From an uncultured Candidatus Micrarchaeota archaeon (GTDB taxonomy: Archaea > Micrarchaeota > Micrarchaeia > Anstonellales > Bilamarchaeaceae), in NCBI GenBank assembly GCA_903835385.1, contig CAILMQ010000032.1, positions 5,976 to 69,975 on the forward strand: a DNA stretch of 64,000 nucleotides, read 5' to 3'. This document shows positions 52,704-61,806 of the stretch, one piece after another (positions within the stretch are counted from its first letter, which is position 1; each line of letters starts with the position of its first letter). Below the pieces are notes generated by a model. That model worked only from the letters and a program-made list of their open reading frames with translations, ran no database searches and had not been told where the DNA came from. Both the position numbers and the translations under genes were made by a program.

Positions 52704-54292
52704 TTACGCCCCATTTCCATGATTCTTTTGTCCAGCTGCTTCTCGGCCTCGAGCCGCTCGAACTCGTAATCGTTCATGTCCACGAATTTCATGTGCCTGG
52801 CAAGCGAGGGGTGCACGCGCTTGATTTCCCCATACATCCCCTGCGCCACCCTCCGGTAATCGATGTGCCCCTGCCTGGCGGAGCGCAGCTCGCAGAACTG
52901 GAACGCCTCGCGCAGCGAGAGCGCCATCTGCCACCTTATGCGGTAGGCGAGCGGGACCGCGTATTGCGCCTCGTGCGGATATGTTTTTGCCATTGCACCC
53001 CAGGCGTTCTTCGCAGCTTCCATGGCGTTGCGGAACTCGCCTTCATGGCCGGAGTCCACGATTTCTTTCGGAAGCGTGTAGCCGTGCAGGCAGCCCAGCT
53101 GCTGCCTCTGCTGGGTGAGCATCCTGTGCCTGTGGATGTCGCGGTAGCATCCGAAGTTCGCGCAGATGTCGAACGTGTACCTTGCGGATTCGAAGCCCCG
53201 GCCAGGCTTGTGCCTGCGGTTGATCCGGTTGCCACAGTAGGAGGAGATTATTTTATTGCGCTGGTCTTGGGTCATGCGTCTTGAGTCTTGGATAAGCGTT
53301 GCCATGGAACTATGAGTGAATGGGTAAAGGGCGGCTGCGACCACGCGCTCTTCCGCGTCCCGCTCGTAATCCACCAGAACGACGTCTTCCGCATCCGGCT
53401 CGGCCTTGAATCCGGAGCCGATTTTGTCGAGCCTCGTTTCCTTTATGTAATTCTGCATGATTAGCCCGAGCTCGGTGTCGGGCCGCTTCACGAACGACGG
53501 AATCGTGGTCCTGAGTTCCGCCTGCATGGATGCCGCGAGCGCCCTGGTTTCCGGGAGCGGGTCCGCGTACATTTTGGTTATCAGGTATTCGTACGCCCTC
53601 CCGTTCCCGAAGAAGCCCATGTTGGTCTTCGTGGAAGCCGGAAGCAGGCCGCGGATGATGTCGCAGGTCTTGGAGCGCACAATCGCCTCAACCGCCCTTT
53701 CGCTCAGGCCCTTTTTCTCGTCTTCGCCCAGGCGCTCGGAAACGTATTTCGAGATTTTCGGTATGAGCTTGGCGTAGGTTTCGAAAAGCAGGTCGCATGT
53801 CTCCACGTAGCCGCCGAGCGCCTCCAGTTGCGCGTCGCAATAGTATTTCCACTTTCCGTCCGCGCCCTTCTGGTCGAAATAGACGTAGCGCGTGGATTTC
53901 TCAAGAGGCGAGAGGCCGATGCGCGCGTCCTCCAGGACCTTGGTCGCGATTATGGAGATGCCCTCCAGTGCGATGTGCGCGCCGGCCAGCTCTGCCACGG
54001 AATCGTCGCCGTAGCCGAGCAGCACGCGGTCGTAGAACGCCTCGGCTTTCTCGGTTGCCACGAGGCCCTCGAACCCGCCTCCGGACGCGCTCCCCGCGTC
54101 GAAACCGATTTCCTTGTTTTTTATGAACTCGTCCAGCAGCGTGCGCCTGAGGCTCTTGGCTGAGCGCGAATAACGTGAAAATAGCGCGCCCTTCACCACC
54201 TCGGGCAGGTTCCGCAGCACGAACACCGGCCGCTCGAGGTTGGATACGAAGGGGGCGAGGAGCCTTTTCTCCTCCTCAGAGAATTCTTCCAT
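52700..54292 (-). CDS. ThyX-like (Thy1 family) protein, long ~530-aa form
   Basis: The C-terminal half has YRDIHRHRMLTQQRQ, resembling the ThyX RHR motif, but the following Ser/Tyr positions differ. Confidence 0.55.
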   Translation of the reverse strand: MEEFSEEEKRLLAPFVSNLERPVFVLRNLPEVVKGALFSRYSRSAKSLRRTLLDEFIKNKEIGFDAGSASGGGFEGLVATEKAEAFYDRVLLGYGDDSVAELAGAHIALEGISIIATKVLEDARIGLSPLEKSTRYVYFDQKGADGKWKYYCDAQLEALGGYVETCDLLFETYAKLIPKISKYVSERLGEDEKKGLSERAVEAIVRSKTCDIIRGLLPASTKTNMGFFGNGRAYEYLITKMYADPLPETRALAASMQAELRTTIPSFVKRPDTELGLIMQNYIKETRLDKIGSGFKAEPDAEDVVLVDYERDAEERVVAAALYPFTHSSMATLIQDSRRMTQDQRNKIISSYCGNRINRRHKPGRGFESARYTFDICANFGCYRDIHRHRMLTQQRQQLGCLHGYTLPKEIVDSGHEGEFRNAMEAAKNAWGAMAKTYPHEAQYAVPLAYRIRWQMALSLREAFQFCELRSARQGHIDYRRVAQGMYGEIKRVHPSLARHMKFVDMNDYEFERLEAEKQLDKRIMEMGRK

Positions 54293-54399
54293 GGCTCCTC
54301 TTCATGCCGAAAGGGTTTTTATTCTGTTTGCCGGGCCGCGGCTCTAGCTACCCCCCTATTTATAAACTGTTTTAGTTTAACTATATTAGTGGTCGTCCT

Positions 54400-55005
54400 A
54401 TGATAAAACTCCGTCACGCCTCCATGGCGCTTGCCCTTTCCATCGGGATTGGGTGCGCGCCGGCAATTTGCAGGAAACCCATCACTCCTGCACCAGTGCT
54501 TGCAGAACCACCTGCTGGCATAAGAGCCGTAGCGCAAGTCCCTAAAACCGCTGCTCCGCTTTCCAGCCGCTGGAACCAGGGCGATTGCGCTTTCGACCCG
54601 GCGACGAACACTCTCACCTATTCTTCCGGAGACAAACAGATTGGCCTGAAGCTGGATGCACCGGTAAATGAACCCCTTCGCCTGCTTTGCTCGGACGACC
54701 ACACCGTCCTGCTCACAAAGGCCAAGGCGGCCATCAGCCTGGGCGGCACGCAAATCTTGGAGGGGCGCGAATGGATAGGATGGCACGGGAAGAGTTTCAC
54801 CTGGGCCAATTTATACTATATGGACGTAACCGAGCCGACAGCGGAGAGGATAAGGAGCATGGAAATAATCGGTTCCCTGCTGGTAATCAAGACGGAGGCG
54901 GGCAGAAGATGGGTTCTGGACATGGACGCACCCGAGAACTGGAGCGTCAAAGACCCGCCTTCGTTGCCCGCTGGCCCGGAGCTGTTTGGTAAGAAACATT
55001 TATAA
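54400..55005 (+). CDS. putative lipoprotein, hypothetical
   Basis: Signal with lipobox-like SIGIGC. No domain recognised. Confidence 0.5.
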   Translation: MIKLRHASMALALSIGIGCAPAICRKPITPAPVLAEPPAGIRAVAQVPKTAAPLSSRWNQGDCAFDPATNTLTYSSGDKQIGLKLDAPVNEPLRLLCSDDHTVLLTKAKAAISLGGTQILEGREWIGWHGKSFTWANLYYMDVTEPTAERIRSMEIIGSLLVIKTEAGRRWVLDMDAPENWSVKDPPSLPAGPELFGKKHL

Positions 55006-55038
55006 TTTTCACGTTAACTCAAAACACGAGGGATTGGC

Positions 55039-55674
55039 TTGGCTGAAGGGACTCAGATAGCCCGGGATGTTCCGGGGCGTAAGGAAGAAGTTGCGCTATC
55101 AGCGAGCGTCGCGACTCAAAGGGCCCAGCATGCGTTCGATATTGCAGCATCGAGGACTGCGGAGGGGTTTGGGAAAGCGAATGCCCCTCCCCCAAGCGAG
55201 CTGGCCGGGCTGAGCAGTATGATATCTGAGGCGCGCAGGACCGCCGGACCTGGCGGCCGGGCGAATGCCGGCGACATCCTGGACGATTACGTCGCGAAGA
55301 ATCCCGATTCCAGAATAGCCAGGCTCAATGCCCTTGCGGGGGGCTCGACGGAGTGGATAATATCCGGGAGCGGCAAGGCCGTCTTCAGCCAGTGGGCGTT
55401 CACCGCAGCTTTCAAGCAGACCTTGTCCGGTGTCAAATCCGGCGCCGTTAGCTTGATGACGGAGATATCATCGAACCAGGAAAAGGATTCAGGGGAAATT
55501 CCTCTTCCGAAAACCCTGGCGCCGCCGGTCGCGCAGCTCTTTGTGTCCGAACTCGACAGGCAGATCAACGGCAAGGGCGCGAAGGACCCGCTCCCTCTCG
55601 ATGTCAAATACGCTAACGGCGCAATAGAATGCACATCAAGGCTCAAAGGCGGGACCGAGCGGGTCGTGTTCTAG
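55039..55674 (+). CDS. hypothetical protein
   Basis: 211-aa ORF with a non-ATG start in the track and no motif. Confidence 0.4.
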   Translation: MAEGTQIARDVPGRKEEVALSASVATQRAQHAFDIAASRTAEGFGKANAPPPSELAGLSSMISEARRTAGPGGRANAGDILDDYVAKNPDSRIARLNALAGGSTEWIISGSGKAVFSQWAFTAAFKQTLSGVKSGAVSLMTEISSNQEKDSGEIPLPKTLAPPVAQLFVSELDRQINGKGAKDPLPLDVKYANGAIECTSRLKGGTERVVF

Positions 55675-55703
55675 CCTGCTGATTTTTCAGCCTTGGAAGC
55701 GCC

Positions 55704-56921
55704 TCATGAGAGCAGGGCGCCAAGGACCTTGAGGAGCTGAGGCCTGCCTGCCACGACCTTCGCAACAGGAGCTGCGAATTTTCCGTCCATGGTGTCGTTG
55801 AGGTCCTTCTGGGTTATCGTGTTGAAGATGTAGTCCAGGTCGCCGTCGTTGAGCTTCTCCATGACCTTCCTGAGCATGAGCCGCTTCGCCATCTTCTTTC
55901 CGAGCGTGGCCTTCCATTCCGTTTCGTATGGCAGGAGCGCGGACCTTGAGAAGTCCTTCCCCTTGTGCGCGCCTATGGCCGTGCTGGCCGCGAGCGCCGC
56001 CGTTTCCATTGCGATTGCGATGCCGCCACCGTGTATGGGGTCCACCTGCTTCGCCGCCGTGCCTATCACCATGAAGTTGTCCTTCACGAACTCGTCCATG
56101 GGCGCGCCCACGGAAATCACGCCGCCGAAATCAATCAGCGTGCTGGAGTCTTTCAGCTGCGGGTGCGAGGCGATGAACTTTTCCAGATAAACCTTCGGGT
56201 CCGCGCCGTCCACGCCGGACGCGCCCTTTTTGGCGTTCATGTAGTTGCCGCCTATTCCTATGCCGACATTCGCCTTGCGGTCGGACTTGGGGAATATCCA
56301 GACATAGCCGCGGGGCGCTATTTCATTGCCGAAATAAAGCTCTATCAGGTTCTGGTGGTCGTAGGGCTTCATCTCGTACTGGTAGCAGGTGTCTACGTCG
56401 TAGAGCGAGTGCACGGTTTTGAACCCCGCGGCCCTTGCCATGAGGCTTTCCATTCCTTCGGCCGAGACCACGAGCGGCGCGCGCACCTCGTAGGGCTCCT
56501 TCCCCCCATGGGAAAGTTTTACGCCGGCTATTCTGCCGCCTTCCTTCACAAGCTCCGTCGCTCTTGTATAGGTGTGCACCTTCACGCCCTTGTCAACCGC
56601 GAGCTCGCAGAGCCACTTGTCGAACATCTTCCTTTCCAGCACCCAGCCCGTAGTCTGGGTGTCCTTCCACACTATTTCCTTGCCGCTCGGGGCGACGACC
56701 TTGGCTCCGGTTATTTCCGCGGATATGCACCTTTTCGGAAGCTCCAGCCCCTGGGCGAGCACCTCCCTGGTGCCCAGGCCTTCGCCGCAGCGCACCGGAA
56801 TTCCGATTTCCTTCCGCTTGTCTATGATAAGGACGTCCATGCCCGCTGCAGCGCAGTAGCGCGCGAACGTGGAGCCGGACGGGCCGCCGCCTATGACTAT
56901 CGCGTCGTGATCGTATTTCAT
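55704..56921 (-). CDS. geranylgeranyl reductase family flavoprotein
   Basis: YDAIVIGGGPSGSTFARY FAD motif and RCGEGL. The ATG at 56921 overlaps the upstream ferredoxin gene stop by 4 nt. Confidence 0.85.
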   Translation of the reverse strand: MKYDHDAIVIGGGPSGSTFARYCAAAGMDVLIIDKRKEIGIPVRCGEGLGTREVLAQGLELPKRCISAEITGAKVVAPSGKEIVWKDTQTTGWVLERKMFDKWLCELAVDKGVKVHTYTRATELVKEGGRIAGVKLSHGGKEPYEVRAPLVVSAEGMESLMARAAGFKTVHSLYDVDTCYQYEMKPYDHQNLIELYFGNEIAPRGYVWIFPKSDRKANVGIGIGGNYMNAKKGASGVDGADPKVYLEKFIASHPQLKDSSTLIDFGGVISVGAPMDEFVKDNFMVIGTAAKQVDPIHGGGIAIAMETAALAASTAIGAHKGKDFSRSALLPYETEWKATLGKKMAKRLMLRKVMEKLNDGDLDYIFNTITQKDLNDTMDGKFAAPVAKVVAGRPQLLKVLGALLS

Positions 56922-57157
56922 TTTACCGCCCCTTTTGGTGCCGCGTGCCCTTGATGGGCCTTGGCCTGGCACGGGTCCTTCACGCCCTTGTGCAATGTTA
57001 TGACGTTCGCCGGGCAGACCTTTGCGCACAGCCCGCAGTCTATGCACTTTTCAGGATAGTGCTTCATCCTCGTGCCCACGGCCTCTATCGCATTGGCAGG
57101 GCACACTGACGAGCATCCGACGCAGAATATGCAGCCTGCATGCTCTATGGTAATCAT
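56918..57157 (-). CDS. 2x[4Fe-4S] ferredoxin
   Basis: CIFCVGCSSVCP and CIDCGLCAKVCP cluster motifs. Translationally coupled to the reductase gene. Confidence 0.85.
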   Translation of the reverse strand: MITIEHAGCIFCVGCSSVCPANAIEAVGTRMKHYPEKCIDCGLCAKVCPANVITLHKGVKDPCQAKAHQGHAAPKGAVK

Positions 57158-57219
57158 GTTGATGCCTCCTAAGTAGCACTAATTGGAAAGAAAATAACAA
57201 AAAACCTTGCCTTGGGCGC

Positions 57220-57936
57220 TTATTTGGCTTTTTTCGGCTTTACGAGTGGTTCTTCTGCGGTGAACGTCATCGCCCCGTTTAGAAGAGGGATCTCCATCAC
57301 TACCGCATATTTGTTGGGCGAATCCTCAACCACCTTGGCGGTAACGCCAATTTTCGCAGTTGATTTGTTCAAAGCGCCCAGGAAAGCGGCGGCAAATTCC
57401 TGCGCAGTTTTTTTGGGCCCGAGTACCAACTGAAGGGTGGCGCCTCCGTTATAATTGCCTTCCTCCTTGTCCTTCAGGTACGGCTCGTAGGCAAGAACAA
57501 AGGATGCCACATCTATTTTTGCTGGAAGCGTGACGCCGGTCTTTTTCGCAGCTGCGTTGATGGCATCGCCAAGAGGCCCGGATGCGATTGCCTCGCCTGC
57601 TGCAGGCGAGGTTCTTTCACCGGCCGCCTTCTGCGTGAAGACGACGCTGGTTCCGCTGGCCGTGACCTCCATGGTTTTCGCATATTGCTCGTATAGCCCG
57701 GCTTTCTTGAGTTCGGATGTGAACACTGAAACGAATTGCTTTGCTTTTCCTGCGTTGTTGAAATCCTGCTCCACGCTTGCGTTGGGCTTGTTCCTTCCGT
57801 TCGCGAAATCCCTGAGGTCGGAGAATATCTGATGGTCCGGAGGCACCGAGATATTCACCTTTTTCAATGCGGTTTTTGCAGCGGCAATGACAGCCGGTTC
57901 CAGATTCTGCGGCGCATTCATTTGTGCTTGAGCCAT
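57220..57936 (-). CDS. hypothetical protein
   Basis: 238-aa ORF, Ala/Lys-rich, no motif. Confidence 0.45.
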   Translation of the reverse strand: MAQAQMNAPQNLEPAVIAAAKTALKKVNISVPPDHQIFSDLRDFANGRNKPNASVEQDFNNAGKAKQFVSVFTSELKKAGLYEQYAKTMEVTASGTSVVFTQKAAGERTSPAAGEAIASGPLGDAINAAAKKTGVTLPAKIDVASFVLAYEPYLKDKEEGNYNGGATLQLVLGPKKTAQEFAAAFLGALNKSTAKIGVTAKVVEDSPNKYAVVMEIPLLNGAMTFTAEEPLVKPKKAK

Positions 57937-57941
57937 TCATA

Positions 57942-58637
57942 TCACCTTTGTATCATGCATCCGTTTAGCATGCATCCGCGCATGTTTTGGTAGAGCGTCA
58001 ATGTATCTCCTTTCCCGTTTTTAAGCCATTGCTCCACTGCGTCTGCCAGCTTCGGGAAGCCGTGCGACCGTATGGAACCCAAATATGCTTTCGTGTATGG
58101 GTGCTCCGGCTTTTCCTGCCTTCCTTCCAGGGACCAGACCCTCAGGATGGTGCCTGTATGAGTGGATACTGATGCCATCATTATCGCGAGCTGGTCTTTT
58201 GGGGTGAAATCCTCGGCTTCCCTGAATATGCCCAATTCCACGGCAAGCCAGTCCGCCGCCTCTTTTGCCGAGGTTATCCTTGGAGCCAGCGGGTCAAGCT
58301 TTTTGTACCGCTGGATGAGCGAATCATAATCATTGTTGAGCAGCGCCTTCATCACAACAGTACCGGGCAGGACTCTCAGGGATGCAGTTAGCGAAGACGT
58401 GGCCTCTTCCCGTTCCTGCTGCGGGCTCTTCTCAGGCATGAACCTGCCATTATCCCGGGTCGGCCTGGGTTTGCCCTGCTGCGGTTTCGCGGCCGCAAGG
58501 GCGTTTTCGTCCCTCGGCGCCTGGGGGAGCGCGTGCGCTGCGGGCTCGTACGACGGCAAATGCAAGACGAAACCGAGCGCGGCAACGGTTATGGCGTTCC
58601 TGACCGTATGGGGGCAGCTCCGCATTAAACCTCTCAT
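57942..58637 (-). CDS. secreted hypothetical protein
   Basis: N-terminal hydrophobic segment AITVAALGFVLHL. No motif. Confidence 0.45.
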   Translation of the reverse strand: MRGLMRSCPHTVRNAITVAALGFVLHLPSYEPAAHALPQAPRDENALAAAKPQQGKPRPTRDNGRFMPEKSPQQEREEATSSLTASLRVLPGTVVMKALLNNDYDSLIQRYKKLDPLAPRITSAKEAADWLAVELGIFREAEDFTPKDQLAIMMASVSTHTGTILRVWSLEGRQEKPEHPYTKAYLGSIRSHGFPKLADAVEQWLKNGKGDTLTLYQNMRGCMLNGCMIQR

Positions 58638-58710
58638 AACAACATTTGTGTTGCAAACGCTTTAAATACCTGCCGGAAAACCCGGGTTAGGAGCAGATGC
58701 CCACCCGACC

Positions 58711-59232
58711 TCAAACGCCGCCTTTGAGCATCTCCGCGAGCTTTCTCCCGAACTCGCCCGCGGCGTGCGGGCCTGATGCGGTCAGGATTTTGCCGTCCAC
58801 GGTCACATCCTCCGCGGTGTATATCGCGCCTCCGTCCCTGAGCGCCTTCACGCCGTCCGGAGACCTGAACACCGTGGCGCGCCTGCCTGCCAGAACGCCT
58901 GCCCTGGCAAGCGCCACCGGAGCGACGCATATGGCTGCGATTATCTTGTTCTTGCGGAACGCGCCCTGCAGGAGCTTGAGCACGTCGTCGCTCTCCGCCA
59001 GCTTCGCTGCGCCCGGGCCGCCGACAACCACAATCGCGTCAAAGAAATCGGGATTCGCCTCGTGCACCGCGAAATCCGGATTCACCACTGCGCCGAGCGC
59101 GCCGGTTGCCCTGGACCTGGCGAGGCTGGCTATCTTCACTTCGTGCTTCTCGGCTTTGAGCACCTCCTGCGGCACGAGAAGCTCCTCGTCCCTGAACCCG
59201 GATTGTGCGACAACCATGAGGACTTTTGCCAT
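58711..59232 (-). CDS. DJ-1/PfpI family protein
   Basis: KVLMVVAQSGFRDEEL...AAICVAP nucleophile-elbow Cys. The start was moved to MAKV at 59232. Confidence 0.8.
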   Translation of the reverse strand: MAKVLMVVAQSGFRDEELLVPQEVLKAEKHEVKIASLARSRATGALGAVVNPDFAVHEANPDFFDAIVVVGGPGAAKLAESDDVLKLLQGAFRKNKIIAAICVAPVALARAGVLAGRRATVFRSPDGVKALRDGGAIYTAEDVTVDGKILTASGPHAAGEFGRKLAEMLKGGV

Positions 59233-59262
59233 AAAACCACCCCTCAACTGTTTTCTACTGTT

Positions 59263-59425
59263 ATGAATAATTGTCTGGTTCAACCATCACACTGCCGACG
59301 TGGCTCAAGTCAAACTGGCATCCACGTCTCCTTAGAATACCGAAAGAACACAATGACGAACCGCACGATTGAGAATCCATTTGTTCACAGCAAGCGCTTT
59401 CTCGGGCAAGAGTTTAATAGATTTG
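59263..59425 (+). repeat. structured intergenic element, copy B
   Basis: Same ordered blocks as copy A, including a conserved 7-bp stem ACGTGG(C)/CCACGT around an 18-nt loop. Confidence 0.6.
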
Positions 59426-59443
59426 CACGCTAACCATGTGTTC

Positions 59444-60298
59444 ATGCTCATCAGCCCGAATTGCGCGGACCTCATGAAGCCGGATGTGGAGATGAAAACT
59501 TTTCCGGATGGCGACGCGTACATCCGCATCCCTGGCATAGCCGGGCTCGGGGGGAAGGAGGTCCAGGTTCTCCACAGGCTCTACCCTGAGCAGGACAAGT
59601 GCATATTCCAGGCAATGCTCATGCTCGACACGCTCAGGAAAGCCGGCGCAAAGCCGGTTCTCGTCTCTCCCTATCTTCCTTACTCGCGCCAGGACAAGAC
59701 TTTCCTGGACGGCGAGGCGCTGAGCGCAGAGGCGCTATGCAGGATGCTGAAATCCGCGGGTGCGGAGCGCCTGGTGACGCTGGACTGCCATTTCCTGAAA
59801 AAGGAGGGCAGGATGGAATACGGCGGCCTGGCGATAGAGAACGTGTCCATGGGAGAGGCGTTGATTAATCACGCCAAGAAGCTGCTCAAGGGCGAAGAAG
59901 TCGAGGTGATATCCCCGGACGAGGGTGCAAGCTACCTGGTGGAAGGCCATGGCGGCAAGTCCATGCACAAGGTCAGGGGGGAATACGCACAGGGGGAAGG
60001 GAGGGAAACCTATCGCAAGATAGCAAAGCTGGAGCGCGAATTCGACGTGGGCGGCAAGAACGTGCTTATCCTGGACGACATGATATCCACAGGCGGCACC
60101 ATGGTGAGGGCGGTGGAAAACGTGAGGAAAGGGGGCGCGAAGAAGGTTCTTTGCGCTGCCACGCAAGGATTCTTCCTCAAGGACTCGCTTCAGAAGCTCA
60201 AGGCGTCGTGCGACTGGGTGTTCACGACCAATTCCATACCGTCTGGGGTTTCCGAAGTGGATTTCATGAGTGTGTTGAAATCCAAAGGGCTGATTTGA
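59444..60298 (+). CDS. prs: ribose-phosphate pyrophosphokinase
   Basis: FPDGDAYIRI, SPYLPYSRQDK and ILDDMISTGGT PRPP-binding motifs. The start is ATG 59444 or GTG 59438. Confidence 0.85.
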   Translation: MLISPNCADLMKPDVEMKTFPDGDAYIRIPGIAGLGGKEVQVLHRLYPEQDKCIFQAMLMLDTLRKAGAKPVLVSPYLPYSRQDKTFLDGEALSAEALCRMLKSAGAERLVTLDCHFLKKEGRMEYGGLAIENVSMGEALINHAKKLLKGEEVEVISPDEGASYLVEGHGGKSMHKVRGEYAQGEGRETYRKIAKLEREFDVGGKNVLILDDMISTGGTMVRAVENVRKGGAKKVLCAATQGFFLKDSLQKLKASCDWVFTTNSIPSGVSEVDFMSVLKSKGLI

Positions 60299-60382
60299 CA
60301 AACGCTGTAAAGCCGTGGTTTTTTAAACTGTTTGCCTCATTTATACACTTACTATTACCTATAATGGCAGAGGTGTAAGGGG

Positions 60383-61795
60383 ATGGCAGGAAAACCAGGT
60401 GCTTCATTCAGAGATATCCGGGCAGCACTACTCAAGGGAGGCGCTGGCGCAACCGGGCCAACATCGGCAGCAAGGCCGCCGGAAAAAGCAGCTGCGCCGT
60501 TCAAGGCGCAGCCAGACGCGCATGCGCCTGCCCCTGTCCGGCCGAGAGAGATAAGATTCGGGCATCCGCCGGCAGTGACTCCGTCGAAAGCACGGCCAAC
60601 CGTTGCGCCGCAAACGCTTCCACCTGCGCCTGTTCCTGCTGCAGCGCCGGATCCGGCAATGACCACTGCGCGTGATGGCCCTGATGAGGTCATAACAGCG
60701 CAATGGCCAGGAAACGATGCGCCTCCGGCCGCTCCCGCTGCATTGCCTGCAGCTGCTCCGGCTGCCGCAGTTCCACTGCAAGCGCCTCAGCCTGCAACTG
60801 CCCCTGTCCAAGACGGCTGCCGGGCGACAGCAAATGCCCCCAGAAAACCGAGCGAATCTTTTATCGTGCTTTCCGAAATGAGACTGGACGGCTCGGCATT
60901 CGCGGAAATCGCGGTGCGGGGGGACAGTGTGGAAGGCGGCGCGGTCATCAAAATAGGCAAGCTCCCGAGTTCGCATCTCCAGATTGAAGACGAAACGGTT
61001 TCGAGGATGCATGCGACCATAGAACTGTCCCATGGCGAGTGCCGGATAGATGACCTTAATTCCCCCAATGGCACTTTTGTGAATGGAGAAAGAATCGGCA
61101 ATTGTCCGCTTAAGGAAGGCGACACGATAGTAGTCGGGTCCGTGATATTGAAGGTGAGGAAGATAGTGCATTCCACTGCCGAGCCAACTTCAGAGCCGGC
61201 GCCTGAACCTGTTCAAGCGCCAGTTCCAATCGCCAGGCCGCCGCCTGCGGCTCCTCAGGTTCAGGCTCGCGCTGACCCCCCGCTTGCCCATGGGCCAGAA
61301 CCGCCCCAAGCCGAGCGCCCGGCTAAGAAGCCGCTTACCAACAGGGGGTTGGCGGCCAGAGTCGGGCTCCTGATTGTTGGCGGTTTCCTCGTATGCGCGG
61401 GCGGTATTTATGCCCACAACTACCTTAATGGAAAAGACGCAGCCGCGAAGCGGGGCGCACGCATAGCACAGATGACTGATGAATTCCGCTCATGCAGGCC
61501 CGGGAGCGAGCAGAAAAAACGGCTGGCCGTGAAATGCATGAGCGACACGGAAAGAACCGCCCTGCTGGAAAGCGCCGAGGGGTATAAACATAGCGGGCAA
61601 TACAAGCAGGCCGGGCTCATATATGCCGAACTCGGGGAGCTGACGGACGCAGACAGCATGGTCAGGAAGTGCAATGAAGGGGACAGGCTGCCTGGCGGCA
61701 ATGTCAGAAACCAGGACCCCAAAGGCGCCGAGCAAATCACTGAAATGACCAGGATGAGGAGCGAAGCGCTCGAGAAATCAGTGCGGTCCAAATAA
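60383..61795 (+). CDS. membrane protein: conserved N-module, PA-rich linker, one FHA domain, TM helix, conserved Cys-containing C-domain
   Basis: FHA core IKIGKLPSSHLQIEDETVSRMHATIEL...DLNSPNGTFVNGERI. TM helix VGLLIVGGFLVCAGGIY. C-domain FRSCRPGS...KC. Confidence 0.8.
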   Translation: MAGKPGASFRDIRAALLKGGAGATGPTSAARPPEKAAAPFKAQPDAHAPAPVRPREIRFGHPPAVTPSKARPTVAPQTLPPAPVPAAAPDPAMTTARDGPDEVITAQWPGNDAPPAAPAALPAAAPAAAVPLQAPQPATAPVQDGCRATANAPRKPSESFIVLSEMRLDGSAFAEIAVRGDSVEGGAVIKIGKLPSSHLQIEDETVSRMHATIELSHGECRIDDLNSPNGTFVNGERIGNCPLKEGDTIVVGSVILKVRKIVHSTAEPTSEPAPEPVQAPVPIARPPPAAPQVQARADPPLAHGPEPPQAERPAKKPLTNRGLAARVGLLIVGGFLVCAGGIYAHNYLNGKDAAAKRGARIAQMTDEFRSCRPGSEQKKRLAVKCMSDTERTALLESAEGYKHSGQYKQAGLIYAELGELTDADSMVRKCNEGDRLPGGNVRNQDPKGAEQITEMTRMRSEALEKSVRSK

Positions 61796-61806
61796 GGGGA
61801 AGGTGC

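Noticed and set aside
60383-60540. N-terminal module of the FHA/ankyrin array as a WH2-type actin-binding motif or a ubiquitin-like LRGG tail.
   Set aside because: The order of the hydrophobic helix and basic patch does not match the WH2 consensus (LLxxI...LKKV). The GG is not conserved in the middle paralog, which has RGN. The resemblance rests on too few residues to call.
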